Shown here in pieces: positions 11,315-23,110 of a stretch of 64,000 nucleotides of DNA; the first letter of the stretch is position 1; the number at the start of each line of letters is the position of its first letter. Below the pieces are notes generated by a model that saw nothing but the letters and a program-made list of their open reading frames with translations, did not search any database and was not told where the DNA came from. Made by a program: the position numbers and the translations under genes. The stretch is from positions 4,558,389 through 4,622,388 of the forward strand of contig CM121343.1 of NCBI GenBank assembly GCA_051530055.1, given 5' to 3'. This DNA comes from Neoechinorhynchus agilis (Eukaryota > Animalia > Acanthocephala).

Positions 11315-12686
11315 CAGAGGGAAATACAAGTAAGTTTTCGACAAACAATGGCTGATGATGGGTCCGGCGAGGTTAGAAACGTCTTTAATAAACTCTTTAC
11401 CAGGGGGAAGGACAAAAAAACACAATTAAAAGTTTTATAGAGAAGTCACCAGCCCTTTAAAGACTATAATAAAGACGTTTATAACATCGTCGGACTCATC
11501 ATCAGTCATTGTTTACAGAGGGAAATACAAGTAAGCTTTCGACAAACAATGGCTGATGATGGGTCCGGCGAGGTTAGAAACGTCTTTAATAAACTCTTTA
11601 CCAGGGGGAAGGACAAAAAAACACAATTAAAAGTTTTATAGAGAAGTCATCAGCCCTTTAAAGAGTTTATTAAAGACGTTTATAACATCGTCGGACTCAT
11701 CATCAGTCATTGTTTACAGAGGGAAATACAAGTAAGTTTTCGACAAACAATGGCTGATGATGGGTCCGGCGAGGTTAGAAACGTCTTTAATAAACTCTTT
11801 ACCAGGGGGAAGGACAAAAAAACACAATTAAAAGTTTTATAGAGAAGTCACCAGCCCTTTAAAGAGTTTATCAAAGACGTTTATAACATCGTCGGACTCA
11901 TCATCAGTCATTGTTTACAGAGGGAAAAACAAGTAAGTTTTCGACAAACAATGGCTGATGATGGGTCCGGCGAGGTTAGAAACGTCTTTAATAAACTCTT
12001 TACCAGGGGGAAGGACAAAAAACACAATTAAAAGTTTTATAGAGAAGTCACCAGCCCTTTAAAGAGTTTATCAAAGACGTTTATAACATCGTCGGACTCA
12101 TCATCAGTCATTGTTTACAGAGGGAAAACAAGTAAGTTTTCGACAAACAATGGCTGATGATGGGTCCGGCGAGGTTAGAAACGTCTTTAATAAACTCTTT
12201 ACCAGGGGGAAGGACAAAAAAACACAATTAAAAGTTCTATAGAGAAGTCACCAGCCCTTTAAAGAGTTTATCAAAGACGTTTATAACATCGTCGGACTCA
12301 TCATCAGTCATTGTTTACAGAGGGAAAAACAAGTAAGCTTTCGACAAACAATGGCTGATGATGGGTCCGGCGAGGTTAGAAACGTCTTTAATAAACTCTT
12401 TACCAGGGGGAAGGACAAAAAAACACAATTAAAAGTTCTATAGAGAAGTCACCAGCCCTTTAAAGAGTTTATGAAAAACGTTTATAACATCGTCGGACTC
12501 ATCATCAGTCATTGTTTACAGAGGGAAAAACAAGTAAGCTTTCGACAAACAATGGCTGATGATGGGTCCGGCGAGGTTAGAAACGTCTTTAATAAACTCT
12601 TTACCAGGGGGAAGGACAAAAAAACACAATTAAAAGTTCTATAGAGAAGTCACCAGCCCTTTAAAGAGTTTATCAAAGACGTTTAT
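11315..12686. repeat. Tandem array of about 6.8 x 200-201 bp units, each with 57-bp internal inverted arms
   Basis: Unit starts (CAGAGGGAAA) at 11315, 11516, 11717, 11918, 12118, 12318, 12519; units differ by only a few bases. Confidence 0.98.
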
Positions 12687-12905
12687 GACCTCGTGAGATT
12701 TGGAGAGTTCTCTAAAAGGTTTTTGGAATAACTCCTCTTGAAAGGTGAAATTTCGTTGACTTTACGATTTCGGACGTGTAGAAATGTAGATTTAGCGTAT
12801 TATGTAACGTACAAGCTGCGTCATTGAATTTGAACCTGCACAACGGCATGTTAATTTGATGCTTATCGTACAGTTCACAGGCGGTTTGGAATTAGAAAAT
12901 ATTCT

Positions 12906-13244
12906 ATGGCTGATGAGTCTAAGCACGAGGATCCATCTTCTTCGCAGATGGGCAATTCAGGAGCAATGCAAGATGAAGTTGATTATTACATTAAGTTGAA
13001 GGTAATCTGTGCAGACGTCGAGGAGGTATACTTCAAAGTGAACTCAGAGACTGAACTGGTTGAACTCATGAGGTTTTACGTTGAGCGGATTAGTTTGCCC
13101 GTTGGGACTCTACGTTTTATGTATGACGGTGAAAGGATCAACGCGGGTGAAACAGCAAGGCTTTTGGGTATGGACGACGAGGATTGTATTGAGGTGTTTC
13201 AAGAACAAGTTGGTGGATACGTTGATTTATTTATTCGAGAATAA
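12906..13244 (+). CDS. SUMO: SUMO-family ubiquitin-like protein (divergent, intronless)
   Basis: YIKLKV..EEVYFKV..LM..Y.ER..LRFMYDGERI..T...LGMDDEDCIEVFQEQVGG followed by an 8-aa extension. Confidence 0.92.
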   Translation: MADESKHEDPSSSQMGNSGAMQDEVDYYIKLKVICADVEEVYFKVNSETELVELMRFYVERISLPVGTLRFMYDGERINAGETARLLGMDDEDCIEVFQEQVGGYVDLFIRE

Positions 13245-15664
13245 AACGCTTTATTTGTTCGAGTGTTCATTGAACTCACGGCTGATTATTGGTTCAAGGC
13301 CAAGAAAGCTTCAATAAAAACCATTCTACGTTCAATTTTTACCCGGGCTGTTTCAAACGAGACTGCTCAATGATGATCTCGCTTCACATTATTCAATAAA
13401 AAGTGGCTTTTGTTCTCTCAGAAATTCAATAGTATTGGTCGTTATTCTCAAGTTTTCTTGCTTTTCTGGCTAAAACATTGCGGAACAACCCGGCGATCGA
13501 AAATCCTTCGGGACGGTAGAGTTGGCGATGTGGTGGTTGACGTTTCGCAAGGAAGTCTCGTGCGGAATGATGATCACCACCAGTCCACGTTTTTGGTGGG
13601 TTCAATGGCACATTCACGACGTGTCTTATAAAGAGGGCCACCAACTAGCGAACGTGCGTGGGTAGGTTTTATTTTTTATTATCTAAATTGTAATAATTTA
13701 ATTAGAAGCGTACGAGTTAAACGTGTTTTTATTAAGCGCTGACATGTGCGTGCGGCGAATATGGACTCTTGAGTCCAAAGAAAAATAATCGACGCGGTTG
13801 TGATTCACGCCGAAAAAATTTCCGTCAGTTTTTGTCTAGAAGGTATTACAACTCGACTTTCAATTCACCTGCCCGTCATGTTTCCCCCGCCGAACCGATT
13901 TAGAACATATAAACGAATAATAATGTATAAGAGAACCCACGCAGTTGTTTGCGAATCACAATACTTAGTTTTGCTTCTAAAGGCTTGACAAAAGTCAACT
14001 CCAAAACTCACTTCACTCAAAGCTTGCACTTCGCCGCCGCCGCCAACCACGGTAGCTAGTGATTTTAATATGTGCTGCTGTTGCCACCACCACCACCACC
14101 CCGCTGCTGCTGCTGCTGCTGCTGCGATGGTGGTGGTGGTGAAGAAGGCGCGTGGAGCGGCAACGGTGTGGCGGGTTCGTTTCGGCTGAATGGTTGCGAA
14201 ATGCGTGGGATATGAAGGGAAAAGGAAATGAGTGGGGACTAATCAGGTGCTTTTTAAGACACTTGAAAAAGAAGTCTTATAAATGATTCCCTTTTTCGAA
14301 ATAATGTTCATTTGTTATCGCAGCTGATGCGCGACAAAGCTGTACGAGAATGATGGAAGGAAAAGAGAACAGAATTTACGTTCATTTTGTCACTTTTACG
14401 ATCTCGCTTGAAACGAAATTGCTCCCTTCTTCCCCCCTCCGGTGTGTGCAGCTCCGCGAATGTACGCTAAATCGCGTGTTTATTTGCTTTAGACAATGCT
14501 GAACAACAACAACAACATTAAACAGAACAGAGTGGCGATTGTGCTCACCCAGGACTCGTCGCTTAAAATCATCACTAATGATCAAGATTTCGAAGAGGAT
14601 GATGGATATATCGTGGATACTTACTTGGGTATCGCCGCCACCGCCACAAGGACACCGCCGTACTTACCCAACAGGTGAGCCGAAAAAGTCAGAACCGTCG
14701 AAATATCACGTCGTGTACACGGACGCCGTGACTCACGTCAATAGATTGTTTCGTTATCCATCGATAAATTTAACGAGACGCGTAAACAAAATCGTCGTCA
14801 ACTCGCTCTCACGGCTTACCTTACAATCATCTACATCAATCGCTTATCGAATTCACTCACGTACACGTGCCCCTGGATGCTTTAAAACATCACGGATATA
14901 TATAGGTCTCCGTTCGAATCGGTTTGTACCCCTCCCAATCCGGGAAAGCGCTTTCTTTTACTCGCTGCTCGTGAAGTTTCCGTCGACCTTAATCGCATCG
15001 CCAAAGTCAACACTTCCGCTCGGAACTTTTTTCGCGTGAGTTGAATATGGCAGGCAAAATATTTTTTGTTCCATGCATTCACGGGCGCCACCTTTCGTGT
15101 ACTTTTTTCTTCTAAGGTAGATTTAGTTCCAAAATTCATCGATAGTTGTTAACAAATGGATAAAGGCGTCACAAAATATAGGTCTAAACAGATCCTTGTG
15201 ACCAGCGGTCAACTACTTCCATTTCTGGATATTTGCTGGTTCACGCGAATTAGCTAAAAACTATAGGTATTGATGCGGGGGGGGGAGCGGAGGAAACTGG
15301 ACATGTCCACATTATGTCGCTCCAGTGTCCTTTCGCGTTGTATTTACTTTTTAATTTTATTTCATTCAATAACTTATTCCACGTAGAAGTCCTACAGCTT
15401 CTGATTTAGGTGAGATATCCTCGCATTAGCTAAAGCACGTCTATCGATTAAATAGGAGGGAAACGTGCGTACCTCGCTTTTCGAGAGGATCAAACTTACA
15501 TTGCCGTTTTGATGTTGAAATATTGATCGACATCACTGTATAGGTGCGGAGTTATTTCACGCCATCTTGGTTATACATTCTCTCACTTCACTCATCAACA
15601 CTCACTATCCTTTTCGGACTACAGACGTCGGTCGGATTGTGAACTCAGCAGCAGCAGCTCAAGT

Positions 15665-17292
15665 ATGGAAATCAATACACGCGAACATTCTTCTTCTGAA
15701 CGCAGTAAACCCAATGAGTCGAGTAATCAACCACCGAACGCTTCCAACAGCTCTGCGATCAATTCTACATATTCGAAACGCAGCCGAAGACGTCGACGAC
15801 AGCGACAACAGAATCATGGGGCTTCATCAGCAAGAGCTATATGTCCAATAATCGATCAGTGTGTCTTAAATCGTGAACAAGCTTCGAAACTGCGTGCTAT
15901 TCTCAGGCAACCAATTCGATTGACATTGACAAGAACACGTCCGATAAAATGCGCTTTTAGGTTAATCGAACTATTGAAGCTGCTTTCGGAGAAACTGAAT
16001 GGCAGGTACAGTTCATTCAAATTAAACGGAGGTGCTGCTTCTTATGTGCTCTGCTCCAGTAATCATCAGAATCCGATTTTCAATGATATCGACATGATAA
16101 TCGATGGCATCAGCAAGGGTAACGATGGTATTAAAAATGAAGATTGGTCTGCTATAATGACATCAGTCAGAGATAGTCTTTACGAGTTAGCCGGTTCACC
16201 GTCAGAAATCAAGAATGTCCCTGCGAAAAGACTAGGTTGCATTGGGAATTTTATCAGAATAAGGTCCGTGGACAGCTGGGCGTTAATAACGCTGACCCCA
16301 GAGACTTCTGATGAAATCGACCAGGAATATCCAATGGAACCATGGAGTAAACGTAAGGTGGAACTGAAGTTCGTAAACAAAATGCGAAGGCAGTTCCAAT
16401 TCAGCGTAGATTCATTCCAAATAGAAATCAGTCGTGACACGATTGAACGAATATGGCGAAGTGAGCAATGCTCTCGTCCGAAGGATGTATCACTGTTCGT
16501 AAAGGCCAAGGATGACTTACCCGGGGCATCTTCTTTGCTGTAAGCAATCCTTTTAAGCCTATAAGAGTGAAATGCATGTACGGAAATATCTATCAGGCAC
16601 TACACCATTTGAACAAACGTCTAATCGCAACCCATCGAACGGAGGAGATTCGCGGTGGTGGTCTTTTGAAATATTGTGAACTACTGTCTCGGGATTACGT
16701 GCCGATCAATCAAAAGTCAAGATTTCAATTGGAGCGATGCATGTGTACCAGATTCTTTATAGATTTTCTCAGCCTGGCTCACCAGGAGAACTCGATTGCT
16801 GCCTACATTGAGACTCATTTTGAACTACGTGCTCATTTGATATCTAGGTTCCTGTCGTTATTACATGAAGTGATTAGCCGAAATGCATTTTGCCTTATGA
16901 ACCAGGAAAGGCAGTCTATTCTTTCACGAATCCGTCAAGTCATCCAATTGTTTCTATCACAAACAAACACGCAAATAATCACGCCAAATGCCGTTGCCGC
17001 TGCACTTATCCACCAACATCAGCAGCACCAGCAGCAGCAGCAGCATTACCCGCTGGTGGTTCCCGTCAATTCGGTTCCTTTGTTCCATCAAGCACAACTT
17101 GGAACTCATTGCCCGGTGATGCCGATGGTAGTGCTGCCACTTCCACCAACATTAAAGCTCGTTTTGAACAGCCTTGCATACGGAAACATTATTCCGGTTG
17201 CAAGACGCATTGAGGTTTTTACCCACAATGGAAATTCTTCAAACCAACCAGCGGGGGGAGCGGAACATATCGGGGGAGATCATCAACAGTAA
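15665..17292 (+). CDS. TENT5: TENT5/FAM46 non-canonical poly(A) polymerase, two exons (15665-16539, 16566-17292)
   Basis: LNGGAASYVL..NDID, VELKFVNKMRRQFQFSVDSFQI, MYG..QALHHL..RLIAT..EEIRGGGLLKYC; a 26-nt GT-AG intron at 16540-16565 joins the frames in phase. Confidence 0.95.
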
Positions 17293-18756
17293 GCTCAAAC
17301 GGCCGCCGACCAAACGAGCTGGCCTACCTCTGCAAGGGTTGTTGCTCTCTACCACCTAAATGCAACGACCACCTTGCAGCATCCATTCAACTCAAACAAA
17401 CAAACAAACAAACCGCAATCATAATCTGTTTCACACAAAAATGATCATTTCTGTCAATCTGTATAATAAAAACTAACTGTGTGAATCTAATAGGGGCAAG
17501 TGGAAATCCAGGTTTAAATTCTAAAAGCTCCTTTCAATAGTTCCCGGCAAGGCTATTGTTGTGGTCGTCCGGATAAAATATATTTTATTGAGATACGGTC
17601 GATTCTAGGATCAATCGGACCACAGCGGGACGCGATCGGTTTGGTCCTAATGAGCGGCCGGTCCTTTATGCACCTGTGATTTGGCTGTACTTCGGAAAAG
17701 GAAGCCCCATCAGTCATTGCTCGTAGGCTTCCTCTTCCGAAATATCTCCATATTTTCTATCCGTTGATTTTCTCTTTATGGTTAACAGGATTTAATGAAC
17801 AAAATTGCCCATTCGAATATTAGAAGTGCATAAAGCAAACAACGGCCGTTCGTAGGCACATTAAACGGCAAATAGATAGGTTGATTCAATTCTAAGATTT
17901 GTTTACCGTTTGTAAAGTCAGAATTTCTAGTTTGTTGTTCGTATCGAAAATCGAAACAAATCTTACCGTTCGACTCAGCGCCCGCGATGTTCACATCGCT
18001 GGAGGAAGCAACCGGATTCTTACTCTTTTGTTGAAAGAGCACAGTAACATAAAAAAGGGATTCTCCGCATTCATTGTTCTTTTTTTGTTCAGCGAGCGCA
18101 ATCGAACCTGTGCGAAACTTTTGCTCCTTATCTTCCCTAAAGCCTTATAAAATACTTTCAAATCTCTTTCAAAGGGGTCATATAGAACTGATTTTAAAGA
18201 TCACCAAAAAATTTCAATAACCCGAGAAGTTCGTCATTCTCCTTAGGCGAATGATCCGTTTATTTAAAGACTGATGCATATTTTCAATCCGTAAATTATG
18301 GCCAAATCGAAGTTGGGGTATTGATGAATTCCCGTCTAAGAGTAGATTAGTGGTTCAAGCGACATTAAATACGACTACAGATGAGTACACCTTTTAGTCA
18401 GCATTTGACGTATTCCATGAGTACAACTAGAGAAATTTAAAGATTAACTTTACGACGCCAAGTATTCAGGTTGAACAAAAAAGCCCATGGATACGGAGCT
18501 CGATCTTGGAATATTATTGCAATTCGAGAAAGCGCTTACCAATATCGTTCGAGCTTTTCAACTCGCCGCTCAGGAGGATTCCGTGTAAATCCAAAACTGT
18601 TAGCGACGTTTTTGCAATTAATCAAAAAATTACTATTGCAAAGATGACGTATAATTAACTCGAATTCTTTCGTATAAAACGCGCTTAATTGAATTATTTT
18701 CGTCATTCCAAAAGGTAAAATATCCATCAGATTATTGACCGAAGACGCATGTGGGT

Positions 18757-19246
18757 ATGGCAAGTAATGTCCTTTTATCCTTTTCTGCTAAGTTCTGTTT
18801 AGTTTAAATATGTTGTACAAATCATTTATGTTGGCGGACAACTGATTGGTAGAGCATTGGCTCGCGGTGTCAGAGAAGAACTTAGGAGTACGATAAGGTT
18901 TAGACTGTCAAAATATCATTATTGAGTTCAGGAAATCAAGCTCAAGGGCCGTCCATTCAAAGACCAGCAGCGAATAGTGCCTCAAGGCGACAACGCGTAG
19001 GTACTAATCAAATGAGCATCGAGGAAGCTAAGAAGATACTGTCCGTCGATGATCTCGATCCTCAATCAATCCAAAAAAGATATGATTATTTGTTCAGAAT
19101 TAATGATGTAGCTAAAGGTGGCTCATTTTATTTGCAATCCAAGGTTTGACTTCAAACGAGAGGGTTTGATAATTTCTTTGAAGGTCTACCGTGCAAAGGA
19201 ACGATTAGATGACCTTTTGAAGCGTCAAGAACTGGAAACCAATTAG
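18757..19246 (+). CDS. PAM16: Mitochondrial import motor subunit PAM16/Tim16, four exons
   Basis: Spliced product [67 protein letters not shown]; introns 18760-18802 (GC-AG), 18888-18931, 19144-19183. Confidence 0.93.
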
Positions 19247-19490
19247 GACCTTAATCCGTGTGACTCACAAAACTTTAATCGTTCAAGTTCATTACTATCT
19301 TGCGCAAACGGACCAATAAATGGACTCTAATCCATAATGCATTCAGTAAATTTAAGTTAAGGAATTCTTCCGTCGAAATTCTGATTAAGTTTTTAGCGAT
19401 GATGCGCTTTAAACGCTTGCTTCTAAGCGCGTCGTGGCGTGTTTTCTAAAAATTTCGAATAAAACGCCATATTCGGGAATTTAAGTTAAC

Positions 19491-19693
19491 TGTTGATAGG
19501 AGAGATAAATGAAATTAAGAATTTATTGGATATTTCGATCCACTATCTCGGATCTTCTTCAGCGATTGCTTGTAAGTTTTTAAATATTCGAGTTTCGAAT
19601 TTGAAAACTTACAAGCAATCGCTGAAGAAGATCCGAGATAGTGGATCGAAATATCCAATAAATTCTTAATTTCATTTATCTCTCCTATCAACA
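19491..19693. mobile_element. Perfect foldback (90-bp arms) containing a hammerhead-like motif in each polarity
   Basis: 19491-19580 is the exact reverse complement of 19604-19693; right arm reads CTGAAGA-A-GATCC(GAGATAGT)GGATC-GAAA-TA-TC then AATAAA. Confidence 0.9.
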
Positions 19694-20061
19694 AATAACA
19701 ATGAATTATCTTTTCAACGTTTAAGTTAACATTCTAGTTTTTGATCTGCTCCATCGACCTTTTAATTGATCGTGGCAGTCTTTCCGCGGTGTCGGTCATC
19801 TAAGATTTAAAGGACCATAGGAGGTATTTCTCTTGAATTTCTTATCCGTATTTCGCTGCTCTGATACGGAGATAGCTATATTTTTAGGAATTGGAAATCA
19901 GCTTACTGTTGATCGAAAATCAGTATTTTTGACCAGTTTTCCGGATAAATCCTTCTCTTTGGGCACGAAGGTTAAAGCTTAAAATGTCAATAAATAGATT
20001 TTCAAATTTGATTGCTCATATTAGCAGTGTGATTTTTAATCTTTTTCTCGAACCGTTTTAG

Positions 20062-21973
20062 ATGGACGACGTATTGGATCTCGCAATCCGTGAATGGATG
20101 AAATGCGCAGAAAAAGTGGGTTTGGGTGCTAAAACGACTGCATTCCTAACTCAAACAGAAAATAAAGAAACGCTTACTTCTTTATTCTGCGAGCGAATAC
20201 AATTCGGAACGGCCGGCCTACGTGCTAAAATGGGAGTAGGTTTCGCGTTGATGAACCAAGTTACGGTTAGTCAAACTACCCAAGGAATAGTATCGTACAT
20301 AAAGAAGCAGCCGACTTACCAATCACTTGTTGTTATCGGCTATGACGGGCGACACAATAGTCGTGATTATGCATTAAGAACGGCTGGAATTTTTCTTACT
20401 AATGGATTCAAAGTCGCCATGTTCCTGGGCCATACTGGCGGCAAAGTCGTTCCTACTCCATTTGTCGCTTTCACCGTCCGACAAATGGGTGCTCAATGTG
20501 GAGTAATGATTACAGCCTCACATAATACAAAAGAATATAATGGATATAAACTTTATTGGTCTAACGGGGCTCAAATAACATCCCCTATTGATGTAGAAAT
20601 TCAAGAAGAAATTATGAAGAATCTAGAAGTGATGCCAGTCGACGTAGACGTTCTTGCAAATGTTCAAGACGTTTATGAAGGTATTTTAAACGCGTATAAA
20701 AGAAAACTGAAGTCGCTGTGTCGTTATCCGCAAATAAACAGATCGTCGGATATTGGGTTTGTGTATACTGCATTGCACGGAGTTGGCTATAACGTGATCA
20801 AAGAAGCCTTTCCTGTTTTTGAATTGTTCGGACCTATTGCTGTTCTGGAACAAACTACGCCTGACCCTGATTTTCCAACTGTACAATTTCCGAACCCCGA
20901 AGAAGGTAAAGGTGCTTTCGAGATATCATTTAGAGTAGCAAAATCTTGTGGTGAAGCGGCAAGTGTTGTTTTAGCTAATGATCCGGACGCCGACCGATTT
21001 TCCGTTGCTGTTCGTGCCACCGATGGTTCCTGGATTATACTCAATGGAAATGAAATTGCTGCCTTGTTCGCCTGGTGGACATGGTTGAACTATCCTGCAT
21101 TTAAAGAACAAGGTAAACCCTATATGGTTAGGAGTGCCGTTTCTTCAAGCTTTATTGACACTATGGGCTCCGTGGAGGGCTTTAATGTATGTGAAACGTT
21201 AACTGGGTTCAAGTGGATAGCGAACAAAGTCGATGAACTCCTAAAGGACGGAAACAAAGTCCTATTCGCATTTGAAGAAGCAATCGGATTTATGGTGGGA
21301 TGTAATGTTTTAGACAAGGATGGAATCAGCGCTGCTTGTGTGTTTGCTGAGATGATAAATTATCTTAAACATATAAACGGGATGTCCGTGTTGGACAAGC
21401 TCGACGATTTGTACTCTAAATACGGTATTCACATTTGTTCCAATTCGTATTATTTGTCTAATGACCCCAAACGAACTGATCAAATGTTCGATCGTTTATG
21501 ACGATAACGTGGTGACGGAGACGAACTTTGAAATCACCAGGTTGTTTGTAAGGCACTGGGACGACATATCGAACTCAGTTGTTGTTGAATACCTTGGAAG
21601 CACGTATATTTACCCTTCAAAGTGTGGAGATTATAGAATTACTAAGATTAGAGACTTAACAGTTGGGATTGAATTTGAAGTCTCTTCTGAGGCAGCCGAA
21701 CCAACCATTCCGAGCTTACAATCTTCTAAAACGTCACAGATGATTACTTTCTTTTTTGAAAATGGCGCACGAATTACGCTTAGAACCAGTGGAACCGAAC
21801 CAAAGATTAAGTATTACTCGGAGCTTAAAGCACCTCCTTGTAAAGTAAGCTATGAAACAAAGAGAAAAATGCAACATCAACTGGACTCACTGATTGAGCA
21901 GGTAGTCGCTAACTTTTATCAGGTGGATGTGAATGGATTTGAAGGAATACCTACGTGGCAGCCGTTATGTTAA
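20062..21973 (+). CDS. PGM2: Phosphoglucomutase/phosphopentomutase PGM2 family; frame break near 21495
   Basis: FGTAGLR, TASHN, DPDADR and FEEAIG in ORF 20062-21501; RTSGTEPKIKYY in overlapping ORF 21461-21973. Confidence 0.95.
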
Positions 21974-22209
21974 AGAAGCATTCGATTTTTAAGTTATATC
22001 GGATAGCGACAGTATACCATTTTCTAGACATTTTTCAACAAGTGCGAATATACTCACGTATATTCGATTTTTAGTGGCCTTTTATCGCTTTATTGACATA
22101 TGATTTCCTAGTTTAAAACCCTTCATTTCATTTTAGCGTTTTTTTATTCCGTGTCATCCATCAACCTACGGTTTTTGGTTTAAAAATTATTTGATAAATC
22201 GTGGACTTT

Positions 22210-22870
22210 TCAATCTTTCGCCCAAAGGCCATTTTCGCGTGTGGCAATTTTTAAAACTCGCGAAGCACCACTGCCGTTTCAATTGGAACCTTCCACCGGT
22301 TGAACTGAGCAGCCTATCTCGATGGCTTCCATTATCAAACGATTCCGTAAATATGCTTATCATACATTCCCGTAATCAAAATCAATTCGATGTCCACAAT
22401 TCATTATTTGATTTGATAAAGCGGAGGAAGCATTATAACCCCCACTTGAATATTTGTATTGTGAGATCTTTATTGAGTCCCTGTTTAGTCTGTCCCGCAT
22501 ATTTGGCTATGCTGCTCATATTTTGGCTTATTTTCAAAGATACATGCAAGGTTGCCACCTTTTTTATAGTACACAAAATATCCGCCTTGTCCAGGTTGCG
22601 CAAATCCCGTCTAAGCTTTCGAGTGAATTTCATTATCCACAAATTCTATTCCTATATATTTGTGTTTGCCATTCTCAGTACATTTTCCTCTCAATTTTCT
22701 CGTTTGTATTTACGATGTTCCTGGTTTTGTGGAAAGATCTTATCGTCGGTTCGGGATAGCTAATTGCTCTCTGAGTTTGAGTAATCAAACGTATTTCGAC
22801 TTGTCATAACCTGTAAGTGGAGCATATTTTATGGGCTCTCAGAAACTGGGACACCGTTGCAGATATTTTA
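22210..22870 (-). mobile_element. Penelope-like element remnant (GIY-YIG plus degenerate 3' hammerhead relic)
   Basis: Minus frames YAGQTKQGL, CGHRIDFD, LRNRLIMEAIEI; downstream GAAAATGGCCTTTGGGCGAAA looks like a decayed core; paralogous to 8380-8700. Confidence 0.65.
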
Positions 22871-22949
22871 TGACTCCGCAGTGTGTCTAAGACCGATGCG
22901 AAGGAAACCAGGCTAAATTTGGTTTCCTCAGCATGTTTATTTCTATATC

Positions 22950-23110
22950 ATTTGTAAGAAAGGTAGGCGTCTGCGGTTCACTCTCTTCTGCTATTATAGT
23001 CCATTTAATGTTATTGTATCTCAAATTTAATCTGTTGATATCGGTGTTATTTTCAACAATAAATATTTCTTGAGTCCAATGAGGCAACTTTATATCTTTT
23101 TGCACTGTCG
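22950..23110 (-). mobile_element. Possible second Polinton-type integrase C-terminal remnant
   Basis: KLPHWTQEIFIV..PQTPTFL resembles the remembered KGY.PNWT.EIF.I..P.TY.L pattern. Confidence 0.35.

Noticed and set aside
11315-12686. CRISPR array or type III hammerhead reading of the tandem repeat
   Set aside because: No unique spacers and no cas genes in a eukaryotic context; the apparent GUC/helix I pairing across unit junctions is only the inverted repeat itself and puts no valid UH at the cleavage position.
17691-17741. Possible pre-miRNA hairpin downstream of TENT5
   Set aside because: Stem of only 16 bp with a 19-nt loop, single copy; too short to support.
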